Positions 10,631 through 20,159 of a DNA stretch of 58,046 bases are shown piece after piece. Position 1 is the first letter of the stretch. The number at the start of each line of letters is the position of its first letter. The stretch lies in contig SBHG01000117.1 in NCBI GenBank assembly GCA_006226305.1, positions 1 through 58,046 of the forward strand. Direction: 5' to 3'. A model generated the notes under the pieces. It searched no databases. It saw only the letters and a program-made list of their open reading frames with translations, and was not told where the DNA came from. This stretch comes from Alphaproteobacteria bacterium (GTDB lineage Bacteria; Pseudomonadota; Alphaproteobacteria; M2410). The translations under genes and the position numbers were made by a program.

Positions 10631-12202
10631 ATGGCAAAATCGGACGACAACAAGAACGCGTCATTGATTGGAAGAGCTGTTTCGTTTTTCCAAAGCGTGT
10701 CCGGTCAACTCCTGGTCTTGACGATTGCAATTGTCATGCTGGCCGAGGTTCTGATCTATGTGCCCTCTATTGCCCGTTTTCGTGTGTCCTGGCTGGAGGA
10801 CCGTCTGGAGGCGGCGCAGATTGCGGTCTTGGCCTTGGAAGCGCGTCCCGACCGCATGGTGGACCGCGAACTGGCTGATGAGCTGTTGCGCAATGCCGAA
10901 GTTTATTCGGTCACCCTGACCAAGGATGGTCAAAGCGATCTTTTTCTGGGTCACGACATGCCCCCTCCGGCAGATCACAAGGTGGATCTGCGCAATACAA
11001 ACCTGCTTCAGGAAATCAATCAGGCCTTCGGGAGTTTGCGATATGGAGAGGGCCGTGTGCTCGAAGTGATGGGCAATGCTCGCTATCGGGAGGGTTCTTC
11101 CGTCGAGATCGTCATTGATGAAACCGGCCTGTGTGAGGCTATGTTCACCTATTCGAGAAACATTCTTGGGTTGTCGATCATCATAGCCCTCTTCACAGCG
11201 TCTCTTATTTATCTGAGCCTTCTGTGGTTTTTTGTCCGCCCCATTCTCAGGATCACTAATTCAATGGATCGTTTCCGGATGGATCCGGAAAACAGCGTCA
11301 GTGTTATTCGGCCCTCAGACCGGCGGGACGAAATTGGCGAGGCGGAAGTTCAGCTCGCCGCCATGCAGGAGGAAGTACAAAGCGCACTTCAACAAAAGGC
11401 ACGCCTGGCGGCCCTTGGAACCGCCGTCAGCAAGATCAATCATGATCTGAAAAACATGCTCACTTCAGCGCAATTGATCTCAGATCGCATCGGCACCATC
11501 GATGATCCGACAGTGCAACGTCTGGCGCCCAAGCTCTTTGCCTCCATTGACCGGGCTGTGAACCTCTGCGTTAATACCTTGCGCTATGGGCGTGCGGATG
11601 AGCCGGAACCGGTCTACTCTGAAGTCAGGCTCAAAAGTTTGGGTGATGATGTGGCGGCCTCATTGGGTCTCGACCTTGATAAGGATGTCAAATTTGTCAA
11701 TGAGGTCCCCGCGGGCTTCGCGTTGGAGGCTGACCCGGACAAGCTTTACCGCATCCTTCTCAATCTTTTGCGCAATGCCCAGCAGGCGCTTGCGGTCTAC
11801 AAAAATCCGGCGCGCCCTCCGGTCATCTGTTTGATGGCCGACAAAGATAACGACCAAATCTTCATTGACGTTTGCGATACCGGGCCCGGTGTGCCCGATG
11901 TCATGCGCGAAGATCTCTTCAAGCCCTTCGGCAAAACCTCAACGCCAGGCGGCGCGGGGCTGGGGCTTGCTATCGCCCGGGAGCTGGCCGAGGCCCAGGG
12001 CGGAACGGTCCTTTTGCGCCGAACCGGCGTGGAAGGCACCTGCTTCCGTGTCATTCTCCCGAGCAAAGGAGCTGCGTCTGATGAGCCAGAAAAGCAAGTG
12101 GAACCCCGAGGTCTATCTGAAATACGCGGACCTGAGGACGCGGCCCGCGATGGAGCTAGCGACCCGACTGACAAGCCATCTGAACGGGCGCTCCCCAACT
12201 AA
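10631..12202 (+). CDS. Membrane sensor histidine kinase (no adjacent response regulator)
   Basis: 523-aa ORF with two TM segments. It has an H-box (SKINHDLKNMLTSAQL), N-box (LLNLLRNAQQA), G1 (DTGPGVP) and G2 (GGAGLGLAIA). The acidic, low-complexity tail overlaps the tam start. Confidence 0.85.
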   Translation: MAKSDDNKNASLIGRAVSFFQSVSGQLLVLTIAIVMLAEVLIYVPSIARFRVSWLEDRLEAAQIAVLALEARPDRMVDRELADELLRNAEVYSVTLTKDGQSDLFLGHDMPPPADHKVDLRNTNLLQEINQAFGSLRYGEGRVLEVMGNARYREGSSVEIVIDETGLCEAMFTYSRNILGLSIIIALFTASLIYLSLLWFFVRPILRITNSMDRFRMDPENSVSVIRPSDRRDEIGEAEVQLAAMQEEVQSALQQKARLAALGTAVSKINHDLKNMLTSAQLISDRIGTIDDPTVQRLAPKLFASIDRAVNLCVNTLRYGRADEPEPVYSEVRLKSLGDDVAASLGLDLDKDVKFVNEVPAGFALEADPDKLYRILLNLLRNAQQALAVYKNPARPPVICLMADKDNDQIFIDVCDTGPGVPDVMREDLFKPFGKTSTPGGAGLGLAIARELAEAQGGTVLLRRTGVEGTCFRVILPSKGAASDEPEKQVEPRGLSEIRGPEDAARDGASDPTDKPSERALPN

Positions 12203-12875
12203 AATTTATGATTTGGGGTGTGGCCCGGGCAATTCCACCCAAATTCTGAGTGACCTCTTTCCGGGTGCCGCTCTCACCGGGGTTGATAACTCGGACGAAA
12301 TGCTTGCAAGGGCGCGCAAAGAGGGACCCGCAAAGGCGAGCTGGGAAAACCAAGATCTGGCCACTTGGGTTCCAGAAGATGCACCCGACATCATTTTTTC
12401 CAATGCGACCTATCAGTGGATCAACGAGCACGAAAAGCTATTTCCAAAGCTTTTGGACGCGGTGGCGCCCGGCGGCGTATTGGCGATCCAAATGCCCACC
12501 AATTTTGACGCGCCGTCGCATGTTCTGTTACGCAAGGTGGCGCGTGAGGGAAGTTGGGCAGACAAAGTGGCCCATGTCATTCGCGACGCGCCGGTGGGAA
12601 CGGAGCGTTTTTACTACGACCTCTTCGCGGGCAAGGGCACCATCGACATTTGGTCGACGGAATATGCACAAATCCTGCAAGGGGAAGATCCGGTTTTGAA
12701 TTGGGTAAGCGGCACCGCGCTGACCCCTTTTACGACGATCCTGCAAGGTACTGAGCGAGATGCTTTTTTGGCGGCCTATCGCGATGAATTGAGATCGGCC
12801 TATCCCAAGTCAAACGACGGCACAACGCTCTTTCCTTTTAAGCGCCTCTTCATGGTGGTGGGGAAAAGTCTCTAA
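12081..12875 (+). CDS. tam: Trans-aconitate 2-methyltransferase-like SAM-dependent methyltransferase
   Basis: From the ATG at 12081 the translation MSQKSKWNPEVYLKYADLRTRPAMELATRL...DLGCGPGNST...IFSNATYQWI...LAIQMP is colinear, from memory, with E. coli Tam (MSDWNPSLYLHF...RSRPA..L). The upstream 72 codons of ORF 11865 look like spurious read-through. Confidence 0.82.
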   Translation: MSQKSKWNPEVYLKYADLRTRPAMELATRLTSHLNGRSPTKIYDLGCGPGNSTQILSDLFPGAALTGVDNSDEMLARARKEGPAKASWENQDLATWVPEDAPDIIFSNATYQWINEHEKLFPKLLDAVAPGGVLAIQMPTNFDAPSHVLLRKVAREGSWADKVAHVIRDAPVGTERFYYDLFAGKGTIDIWSTEYAQILQGEDPVLNWVSGTALTPFTTILQGTERDAFLAAYRDELRSAYPKSNDGTTLFPFKRLFMVVGKSL

Positions 12876-14620
12876 CGCGCTTCTGCCGTGCCATCGCGGC
12901 GTGGGTCGGCACCGCCGTCAAATCCGCGTGGCGTCAGGCGAATGCCATTAAGGCCGCTCATGAGTTCGGCTCGGCTCACCTCGTGGCCCATGGCTTCCAG
13001 CGCGGTGGCGAGCGCCACGGTGTCCGGTCGATCTTCAACAAGCGTCGTTCCGTTCTGGTTGATCACATTGGGCAGGTTGATCGCGCTTTGCAGGTCGAGG
13101 TTCCAGTCAACCACCCCGACAATAACTTTCGCCACATAGCCGATGATATTGGCGCCGCCCGCCGACCCGATGACCATGTAAAGCTTACCATTTTCGTCAA
13201 AGACGAAAGTGGGCGCCATGGAGGAGCGGGGGCGTTTGCCTGGTTCAACTCGGTTGGCGATTTTTAGACCGCCTGCCTCCGGCCGGGCTGAAAAATCGGT
13301 CAGTTCATTGTTTAGAATAAATCCGCCTGCCATGAGATGACTACCGAAAGCAAATTCAACCGTGGCCGTAGCAGTGACCGCATTGCCGCGCGGATCAACA
13401 ATGGCGAAATGACTAGTGGAGGGAAGCTCCGGTGAGGCGTCCTCTCCAGCGTCTGGATTTCCCCCGGGGGGTGCGCCATGGGGCGCCTTGCCGCCAAAAT
13501 GGTTTTTGTTGATCAGCTTGGCGCGCGCCGCCAGATAGGCTTTGTCGATGAGGCCAGCGCTGGGCACATCGACGAAGTCGGGATCAGCGATATAAAAGTC
13601 GCGGTCCGCAAAAGCGATCCGGCTGGCCTCGACAAACATGTGCCAGGCCTGCGTTGAACCAGGCTCCTGGTCATCGAAGTCCGAAGCCTCCAAAAGTCCC
13701 AGGATCTGCAGTACAGTCAGCCCGCCAGACGAAGGCGCTGGCATCGAACAGACCGTATACTGACGATAGGTCCCGCAAAGATTGCCGCGCACCTTGGCCT
13801 CATAGGCGGCAAAGTCCGCCCGTGTCAGAGTCGCTGGATTGAGCGGCGCATGGGCGACATTTTCAATGATCTCATCGGTGATCGTCCCCTTGTAGAAGGC
13901 ATCAGGCCCTTGGGCGGCAATCAGCCGGAGCGAATGCGCCAGATCCGGGTTCTTCAAGGTTGCGCCAACCGGATAGGGCAGGCCATTGTCGGTAAAATAG
14001 GCGCGGATCTGTGGCATTTGGTCAACTGTGGGCAATCGGGTCAGCCAGCGATTGAGTTTGGGGGAGACCTCGAAACCGTTTTCCGCCAGGTCGATGGCGG
14101 GATCAAAGAGCTCGGCCCAGGGCAATTTCCCATGTGCGTCATGGGCCTTGGCATAAAGCGCGATGGCGCCCGGCACGCCAACGCTTTTGCCGCCCAACAC
14201 CTTGTCGAAAAACTTTTTAGGAGTTCCTGTGTCGTCCAGGAAAAGGGTTTCCGGCGCCGACCCTGGCGCGGTTTCCCGCCCATCGTAAGTGACAAGGCTT
14301 TTGGTCGCTTCATCCCAATAAAGAAGAAAAGTGCCGCCCCCGATGCCTGAGGCTTCCGGCTCAACCACAGTGAGGACAAGAGCAACGGCGATCGCCGCAT
14401 CGACCGCGGAACCGCCGCGCGCCATGATATCAAGGCCCGCTCGCGTGGCGTAAGGGTGGGCCGAGGCCACCATCGTGGGTTGGCCCTGGCCGAAAAGCCC
14501 CAAGGAGAGACGATGCAAGGTCGCAGCCCGCTCGTCCCCCGTAAGCGAGCAACCGGCTAGCAGCAAAAGTGAGAAAACCGCAAGACGGCGCAAAGGTCCT
14601 GTCATGGTTTTCTCCTTCAA
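12872..14620 (-). CDS. ggt: Gamma-glutamyltranspeptidase (predicted lipoprotein)
   Basis: 582-aa ORF with a lipobox (LLLLAGC), GIGGG, and the autoprocessing nucleophile context PSTSHFAIVD. The C-terminal small-subunit motifs are GSAGGANII. Confidence 0.93.
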   Translation of the reverse strand: MKEKTMTGPLRRLAVFSLLLLAGCSLTGDERAATLHRLSLGLFGQGQPTMVASAHPYATRAGLDIMARGGSAVDAAIAVALVLTVVEPEASGIGGGTFLLYWDEATKSLVTYDGRETAPGSAPETLFLDDTGTPKKFFDKVLGGKSVGVPGAIALYAKAHDAHGKLPWAELFDPAIDLAENGFEVSPKLNRWLTRLPTVDQMPQIRAYFTDNGLPYPVGATLKNPDLAHSLRLIAAQGPDAFYKGTITDEIIENVAHAPLNPATLTRADFAAYEAKVRGNLCGTYRQYTVCSMPAPSSGGLTVLQILGLLEASDFDDQEPGSTQAWHMFVEASRIAFADRDFYIADPDFVDVPSAGLIDKAYLAARAKLINKNHFGGKAPHGAPPGGNPDAGEDASPELPSTSHFAIVDPRGNAVTATATVEFAFGSHLMAGGFILNNELTDFSARPEAGGLKIANRVEPGKRPRSSMAPTFVFDENGKLYMVIGSAGGANIIGYVAKVIVGVVDWNLDLQSAINLPNVINQNGTTLVEDRPDTVALATALEAMGHEVSRAELMSGLNGIRLTPRGFDGGADPRRDGTAEAR

Positions 14621-14747
14621 AATGGGGCGCCGGGACCCCGACTGAGATTGACGGGGGCGACGGCCAAAGGCTAGCTTGCCTCAAAGCCGTGTGGTCCCAA
14701 AGGGTTACCCGGGAAGTTTGACTGATTTGCAGGGGATTTGTCCAGTA

Positions 14748-15770
14748 ATGCCCGCCCATCCAGGCCCTCAAAACCTCATTACTGACGTGTCGGGCATTTC
14801 AGTAGGAAATGCCGTGGACGCTCTTGTGCGCACCGGGGTCAGCGTGGTCTTGCCCGAAAGGCGGGCTGTCATGGGGGTCGATGTGCGCGGCGGCGGCCCG
14901 GGGACCCGTGAGACCGACGCGCTCGATCCCACCTGTCTGGTCGATGAAATGGATGCGGTGGTTCTTGCCGGTGGCTCGGTTTATGGGCTGGAGGCGGCTT
15001 CCGGCGTGGTTGCCGGGCTCGGGGCCCAGGGACGCGGCTTTGAGGTCGCTGGCGCGCCGCTGACAGCACCAGTGGTCCCCTCTGCGATCCTCTTTGATCT
15101 GGCTAATGGCGGCGATAAAGCTTGGGGGACGGAGCCGCCCTATCGCCGATTGGGCCTTAAAGCTCTGGCTGCGGCGAGCAATGCCCCCTTCGATCTGGGC
15201 AATCAGGGGGCGGGCTATGGCGCCCGGGCCGGGGCCTATAAAGGCGGCCTTGGCAGTGCGTCCATTGTGACAGATGAGGGCATAGAGGTCGGCGCCCTGG
15301 TCGCGGTCAATGCATTTGGCTCGCCCGTGGTGCCCGGCCACAAGGCGCTCTGGGCAGCGCCCTTTGCCCACGGCGACGAAATGGGGCCGCAGCCGCTGAA
15401 AAATTGGCCGGGATCTCCAATCGAGCAGGACTGGCCAAGGGACACTAAAACCGGCGCGCCTCCAGGCAGTAACACCACCATCGGGGTCATCGCCACAAAT
15501 GTCAGCCTGACCCCGGCGCAGGCTAAACGTTTGGCGATCATGGGCCAGGACGGCTTCGCCCGCGCGATCCGGCCTATTCACGCGCCTCAGGATGGGGACA
15601 CCCTCTTTGCGATATCAACCGCCACCCGGCCGCTCGGCGACCCTGGTGCGCTCGCTCTGGCGCGCCTGGGGCTCCTGGCTGCGGACTGTGTCACCCGTGC
15701 GATCGGGCGGGCCATTTGGGCGGCTGAAAGCCAAGGGGATCTGCGCTCTTTTCGTGATCAGCTGGGGTGA
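14748..15770 (+). CDS. P1/S58 (DmpA-like) aminopeptidase family protein
   Basis: The ORF is open from 14676, and the likely start is the ATG at 14748 (MPAHPGPQNLITDVSGISVGNA). It carries the Ntn-type self-processing region GSNTTIGVIATN. Confidence 0.85.
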   Translation: MPAHPGPQNLITDVSGISVGNAVDALVRTGVSVVLPERRAVMGVDVRGGGPGTRETDALDPTCLVDEMDAVVLAGGSVYGLEAASGVVAGLGAQGRGFEVAGAPLTAPVVPSAILFDLANGGDKAWGTEPPYRRLGLKALAAASNAPFDLGNQGAGYGARAGAYKGGLGSASIVTDEGIEVGALVAVNAFGSPVVPGHKALWAAPFAHGDEMGPQPLKNWPGSPIEQDWPRDTKTGAPPGSNTTIGVIATNVSLTPAQAKRLAIMGQDGFARAIRPIHAPQDGDTLFAISTATRPLGDPGALALARLGLLAADCVTRAIGRAIWAAESQGDLRSFRDQLG

Positions 15771-15915
15771 GGCGGGCGCAAGAAAGGGCAAAGATTTTCC
15801 CTTGCAATTTGGAAGGAGCCCGCCTAAAACAGCGCCTCTCGGGCGGCGGCAGCCCTTGTCGCCACCCTCGTGAGGGCCCCAAGGTAATGGGATGCCCTCT
15901 GCCGAAACGGCATCA

Positions 15916-15992
15916 GCACCGGTAGCTCAGCTGGATAGAGTACTTGACTACGAATCAAGGGGTCGGGAGTTCGAATCTTCCCCGGTGCGCCA
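15916..15992 (+). tRNA. tRNA-Arg (anticodon ACG), CCA encoded
   Basis: Hand-folded cloverleaf. The acceptor stem pairs GCACCGG with CCGGTGC. There is a D-arm (GCTC/GAGT), an anticodon stem (CTTGA/TCAAG) with loop CT-ACG-AA, and a T-arm GGGAG-TTCGAAT-CTTCC. The discriminator is G, followed by CCA. Confidence 0.93.
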
Positions 15993-16270
15993 GTTCTTGA
16001 ATAACCTGGATAAATTAACAGCACTGCTCACCGTTTGCATTTGGACGGATCAGGACGAAACAGGATTGGTTCCGATTAGCAACGGAAAGAAGCCAGTTGC
16101 AAGCGCACAATATGTGAAGTGAAACCTTGGTCTCGATTAGCGCCAAGGGAATCTTCTAAAAACCACACTGATCGGTCGTAGAAAGTTGATCTTGTTGTTG
16201 CTGCAACCTCGTAAGTGATGGCTCCAACTGACAGATAGTACAATAAGTCAAAGTTTCGACCATGCATTAT

Positions 16271-16867
16271 TCATTGTGGCCTAACAGAACACCTTTTCTT
16301 TGGAAACCGCATGGCCCAATCTTCCAGCCCGATTTCAGATCCATTGGCGAAGTAAGAGATGGCGTGGTACCACCCGTTAAGCATCAAAAGTTCAATGAGG
16401 GCTTTTTCAGAGAAATGAGTCGTTAGTCTCTCGAAAAGAGCTTCAGGCAGGTGCCCGGTGTCATGCAAACAATCCACCATTTCGATAGTGTCTGCGTCTT
16501 TCGGCGACCAACAGGGTGCAGTATGGTCTAGATAAACAATTGCATGGATCTGGTCGTCTGAGAGTTTTGCAGCTTTCTTGAAAATAGTTACATGCACGCC
16601 CCATTCATATTCGCATCGGCATCTAACACAAACCCTGTTGATTACCAGTTCGCGAGTCCTAACATCGTAGGAGGGGCCACCCCTGTCTGACGCCCGCAAA
16701 AAGTATGCGCCCAACGGCCCCATGGCCTCAGAAAATGGCATGTTTGTTACAAATGTTCGGAAGAGTTTCAGGGGCTCTACATCCCCCTCACCACCCATCA
16801 TTGCTTTAAGTCTGTATTCAACCGATGGATGATAGGGTGGGTCGATCGGCAAAATACGGGCCATCAT
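16271..16867 (-). CDS. Carboxymuconolactone decarboxylase (CMD/AhpD-like) family protein
   Basis: 198-aa ORF with a CMD-type helical core (RELVINRVCVRCRCEYEWGVH). It is paired with an HxlR-type regulator, which is a common arrangement. Confidence 0.7.
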   Translation of the reverse strand: MMARILPIDPPYHPSVEYRLKAMMGGEGDVEPLKLFRTFVTNMPFSEAMGPLGAYFLRASDRGGPSYDVRTRELVINRVCVRCRCEYEWGVHVTIFKKAAKLSDDQIHAIVYLDHTAPCWSPKDADTIEMVDCLHDTGHLPEALFERLTTHFSEKALIELLMLNGWYHAISYFANGSEIGLEDWAMRFPKKRCSVRPQ

Positions 16868-17004
16868 GATATCCTATTTAGTTGAAGAGTTCCATTGTCG
16901 ATACGGAAATCGTATCATATAGTTTCGTCTATGTCGATACGCAATTCGTAGCAAAATGGGAATTGGATGATTGGCCTCTCATGTGCATAGCAAAAGGGCA
17001 GATT

Positions 17005-17403
17005 TCACCTGGTTTTGAGCTGATCAACCCATTCGTCCGACCAGCGGGACAGTGCTTGCAAGGCCGGTTTCAGTTCTTTGCCTAATGGAGTCAGCTCCCA
17101 GCAGCCTTCCATGTTTTGATGCACTATCTCTGCCTCTTTCAGTTCTTTAAGACGCTTGGAAAGCGTATCCGGTGACATCTGATCGCAACGGGACTGCAGA
17201 TCACGGAAACCAACACACTGATCACGCAACTCCCAGATGATGCGAAGAATCCAGCGACGGGAGAAAAGGCCGAGCGCTGCCATGATCGGCCGGCCGGATA
17301 CCGATCCGTGCACGGACCGTCTCGGTATTGAGGTCGAATTTCCTGCCCTTGAGGATTTAGATCTGTTACTCGCCATAAACCATCTCGACTTCCGATACGG
17401 CAT
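17005..17403 (-). CDS. HxlR-family winged-helix transcriptional regulator (start uncertain)
   Basis: The segment LFSRRWILRIIWELRDQCVGFRDLQSRCDQMSPDTLSKRLKELKEAEIV is a typical HxlR core. Alternative starts lie at 17376 and 17283. Confidence 0.75.
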   Translation of the reverse strand: MPYRKSRWFMASNRSKSSRAGNSTSIPRRSVHGSVSGRPIMAALGLFSRRWILRIIWELRDQCVGFRDLQSRCDQMSPDTLSKRLKELKEAEIVHQNMEGCWELTPLGKELKPALQALSRWSDEWVDQLKTR

Positions 17404-17536
17404 TCGTATCAGGCTTCAATCTTCATGGCAATTGGGATTGTGAGCCAGAGTCGCCGGTGCCGGTCCGAGTCGGTACACTTTGTGAACTATTCCGGTAAGG
17501 CCGACTTCGTCTATCTCCCTTGGTCATTGAAAACCA

Positions 17537-17752
17537 ATGGAGACAAAAATGACGACTTCAAACATTCAAATTGAAATGACGGATCGCAAGAACGGCTTTC
17601 GGTCATTCATCGAAAAACTCAAGGTTCTTGCGGAAAATCTCGATCTGCAAACCGACGATATCATCTTTGCAGAGCTCAATCGCAATCGACAGAAAATAGC
17701 GTCGATGGAAAGCCGCATTAAGGAACTGGAGGAGCGGATCAGCAAAAGCTGA
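17537..17752 (+). CDS. Small hypothetical coiled-coil protein (71 aa)
   Basis: The ORF lies 37 nt upstream of the MMPL gene on the same strand. It has a heptad-like C-terminus (IASMESRIKELEERISKS). I recognise no family. Confidence 0.35.
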   Translation: METKMTTSNIQIEMTDRKNGFRSFIEKLKVLAENLDLQTDDIIFAELNRNRQKIASMESRIKELEERISKS

Positions 17753-17789
17753 TCCTGCCCTCCGGGCCAGAATTTTCCGGAGACTAATC

Positions 17790-20159
17790 ATGTTTAAGAC
17801 AGAAAATGCCTTTGAACGGCGCATCGTTGAGCCGCTCTCTCGAGCCGTGACAAACAGTAAAGCTCTTATCGCAATTTTCACAATTGCGATGGTTGTTGTG
17901 TCAGTAATCGGATTGGGATCACTTCAAATTTCGACAAACTATCGGGCCTTTTTTGGCCCCGGCAATCAAGACTTGGCGGATTTTGAGGAATTTGAGGCTA
18001 CATACTCACGCAATGACAATTTTCTCTTTGCATTGCAGGCGGTGGGAGAGCCAGTAGCCTCAAAGCGCACACTGACGGCGCTTCATGAGCTCACCCAGGC
18101 CGCATGGCATATCCCGTCGGCCTTGCGGGTTGATTCACTCACGAATTTTCAAAACACAACCGCGATCGAAGATGATCTGGTTGTTCAGGATCTGTTTGCC
18201 GATCCGAGGACAATGACGTCTGATGAGATTGACTGGGGTCTTCAAACGGCTCTCGACGAACCTCTTTTGCGCGACAAACTGATTTCCCGTGATGCATCAA
18301 CCGTTGGTGCAAATATCACATTGCAGTATTCAGGTGATGATTTGAGCGAGGTCTCTGAAGCAACCGCCGCTGCTCGCGAGATCAAACAAAATATCGAAGA
18401 AAAATACCCTGGCATTCGGGTGGCGCTAACGGGCGTGTCAGCTCTCAACAACGCCTTCGCGGAATCGACGATTCAGGATGCGGTGACCTTGTTCCCGCTC
18501 ATGTTTATCGTCCTGACGATTGTTATATGGTTCGTGGTTCGCAGTGTTGCGGGCACGATCGCTTCTCTGACGATCGTCACACTCTCAACGCTTGGGGCCA
18601 TGGGGTTTGCAGGATTCGCAGGCATTGCCATTTCTCCGTTCTCGGGGAGTGCGCCCGTGGTCATTTTGACCCTTGCCTTGGCGGACTGTATGCACATTTT
18701 CATCTCTGCCAAATCGCACATCGGTACTGGGTCAGGAAAAGTCACGGCGGTTCGCCACGCCTATCAAGAAAATTTCTTGCCGGTGACAATAACAAGCCTG
18801 ACCACCATAATCGGTTTTCTGGCACTCAATTTCTCCGATGCGCCACCTTTCAATGACTTGGGCAATATTGTTGCTGCAGGAATCTTCCTCGCATGGCTGC
18901 TTTCGCTGACGCTCTTCCCGGTTTTGTTGATCGTTATGCCTATGGGCGCGCCTAAGACGAGGTTGTTCGATCGATTGATGGCAAAGAAATTGGATCTGTC
19001 CTTGGTCGCCATTGGTCGATTCTATAAACCGATCATTGTAATCGGAGGCGTGGCTCTGCTGTTCCTCGGCGTTAACATTCGCAACATTGAACTCAATGAT
19101 CCTTGGGTCGATTATTTTGACGAAAAGGTTGAGTTCCGTGTCGATACCGAATTCGTCATGGACAATCTTACCGGACTCTATCTGGTGGAGTTCTCAATCG
19201 ATGCTGCGGAAGTTGGCGGGGTAAATCACCCAGAGTATCTGGAACTGCTGGACCGCTTTTCAACCTGGTTGCGGGCGAGACCTGATGTCTCCCATGTGCA
19301 GTCTTATTCAGACACTATGAAGCGGATCAACCGCACAATGCACGGCGATGACAATGGTTTTTACCGGATTCCCGATAGCAGTGACGAGGCCTCTCAGTAT
19401 CTCTTGCTCTACGAAATGTCGTTGCCTTATGGCCTCGATATGAACGATCGGATCAGCATAGATCGCACCGCCTCACGGCTGACGGTCACTCTTCCAGAGA
19501 TTTCGACCCAGGGCGTTCGCGATTTCGTATCGCAATCTCAGGTCTGGCTCGACCGAGAAGAGGTTCAGGTCTCAACAGTTGTAACCGGCGCACCGGTACT
19601 GTTTGCCCGAATTTCTGAGCGGAACATCAACGATATGTTTTCCGGAAACCTGGTCGCGGTTCTCTTGATTGCCCTGACCATTGCCCTGGCGCTTTGGAAC
19701 TTCAGACTGGGTATGATGAGTTTGATCCCCAATGTCATCCCGATAATTGCAACCTTCGGCATCTGGGCCTCGCTTGTCGGTGAAGTGGGTATGGCCGCCG
19801 CAACGGTCTCCGCCACGTCGCTTGGCATTATTGTCGACAACACGGTCCACCTACTTCTGAAATATCAGAAGGCCCGCAAAAGCTTCGGGCTGGAGGGATT
19901 TGGCGCGGTTGAGTACGCGCTCAAACATGTGGGTCAAGCGGTGATTGTCAATACGATCATTTTGATTGCTGGATTTGGCGTTTTAGCTCTTTCCACATTC
20001 CGTGTGACCGGCCAGATGGGGTCGCTGACGGCTCTGGTAATTGGGGTAGCCTTTGTGGTCGACCTCATCCTGCTGCCTGCGATCCTGCTCTATTTCGCAA
20101 ACCGTAAAATCAATTCCAAGGAAGGAGAACCAAACCATGCGAAACCACAAATGGCATAA
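17790..20159 (+). CDS. MMPL/RND-superfamily exporter
   Basis: 789-aa ORF with two repeated halves. Each half has a large extracytoplasmic loop followed by about 5-6 TM helices. Length and layout are typical of HpnN/MMPL-type transporters. Confidence 0.85.
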   Translation: MFKTENAFERRIVEPLSRAVTNSKALIAIFTIAMVVVSVIGLGSLQISTNYRAFFGPGNQDLADFEEFEATYSRNDNFLFALQAVGEPVASKRTLTALHELTQAAWHIPSALRVDSLTNFQNTTAIEDDLVVQDLFADPRTMTSDEIDWGLQTALDEPLLRDKLISRDASTVGANITLQYSGDDLSEVSEATAAAREIKQNIEEKYPGIRVALTGVSALNNAFAESTIQDAVTLFPLMFIVLTIVIWFVVRSVAGTIASLTIVTLSTLGAMGFAGFAGIAISPFSGSAPVVILTLALADCMHIFISAKSHIGTGSGKVTAVRHAYQENFLPVTITSLTTIIGFLALNFSDAPPFNDLGNIVAAGIFLAWLLSLTLFPVLLIVMPMGAPKTRLFDRLMAKKLDLSLVAIGRFYKPIIVIGGVALLFLGVNIRNIELNDPWVDYFDEKVEFRVDTEFVMDNLTGLYLVEFSIDAAEVGGVNHPEYLELLDRFSTWLRARPDVSHVQSYSDTMKRINRTMHGDDNGFYRIPDSSDEASQYLLLYEMSLPYGLDMNDRISIDRTASRLTVTLPEISTQGVRDFVSQSQVWLDREEVQVSTVVTGAPVLFARISERNINDMFSGNLVAVLLIALTIALALWNFRLGMMSLIPNVIPIIATFGIWASLVGEVGMAAATVSATSLGIIVDNTVHLLLKYQKARKSFGLEGFGAVEYALKHVGQAVIVNTIILIAGFGVLALSTFRVTGQMGSLTALVIGVAFVVDLILLPAILLYFANRKINSKEGEPNHAKPQMA

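Noticed and set aside
11865-12080. N-terminal 72-codon extension of the tam ORF
   Set aside because: Homology to Tam starts precisely at the ATG at 12081. The extension lies wholly within the histidine-kinase ATPase domain in another frame.
14799-15581. 260-aa minus-strand ORF inside the DmpA-like gene
   Set aside because: It is fully antisense to a gene with clear family motifs. Its Arg/Pro/Gly/Ala-rich composition is typical of shadow frames in GC-rich DNA.
15993-16270. Integrase remnant expected next to the tRNA
   Set aside because: I translated all frames by eye and saw no tyrosine-recombinase motifs (R..HxxR..Y). The short ORFs here (for example 16076-16267) look random. A profile search could still find a very degraded relic.
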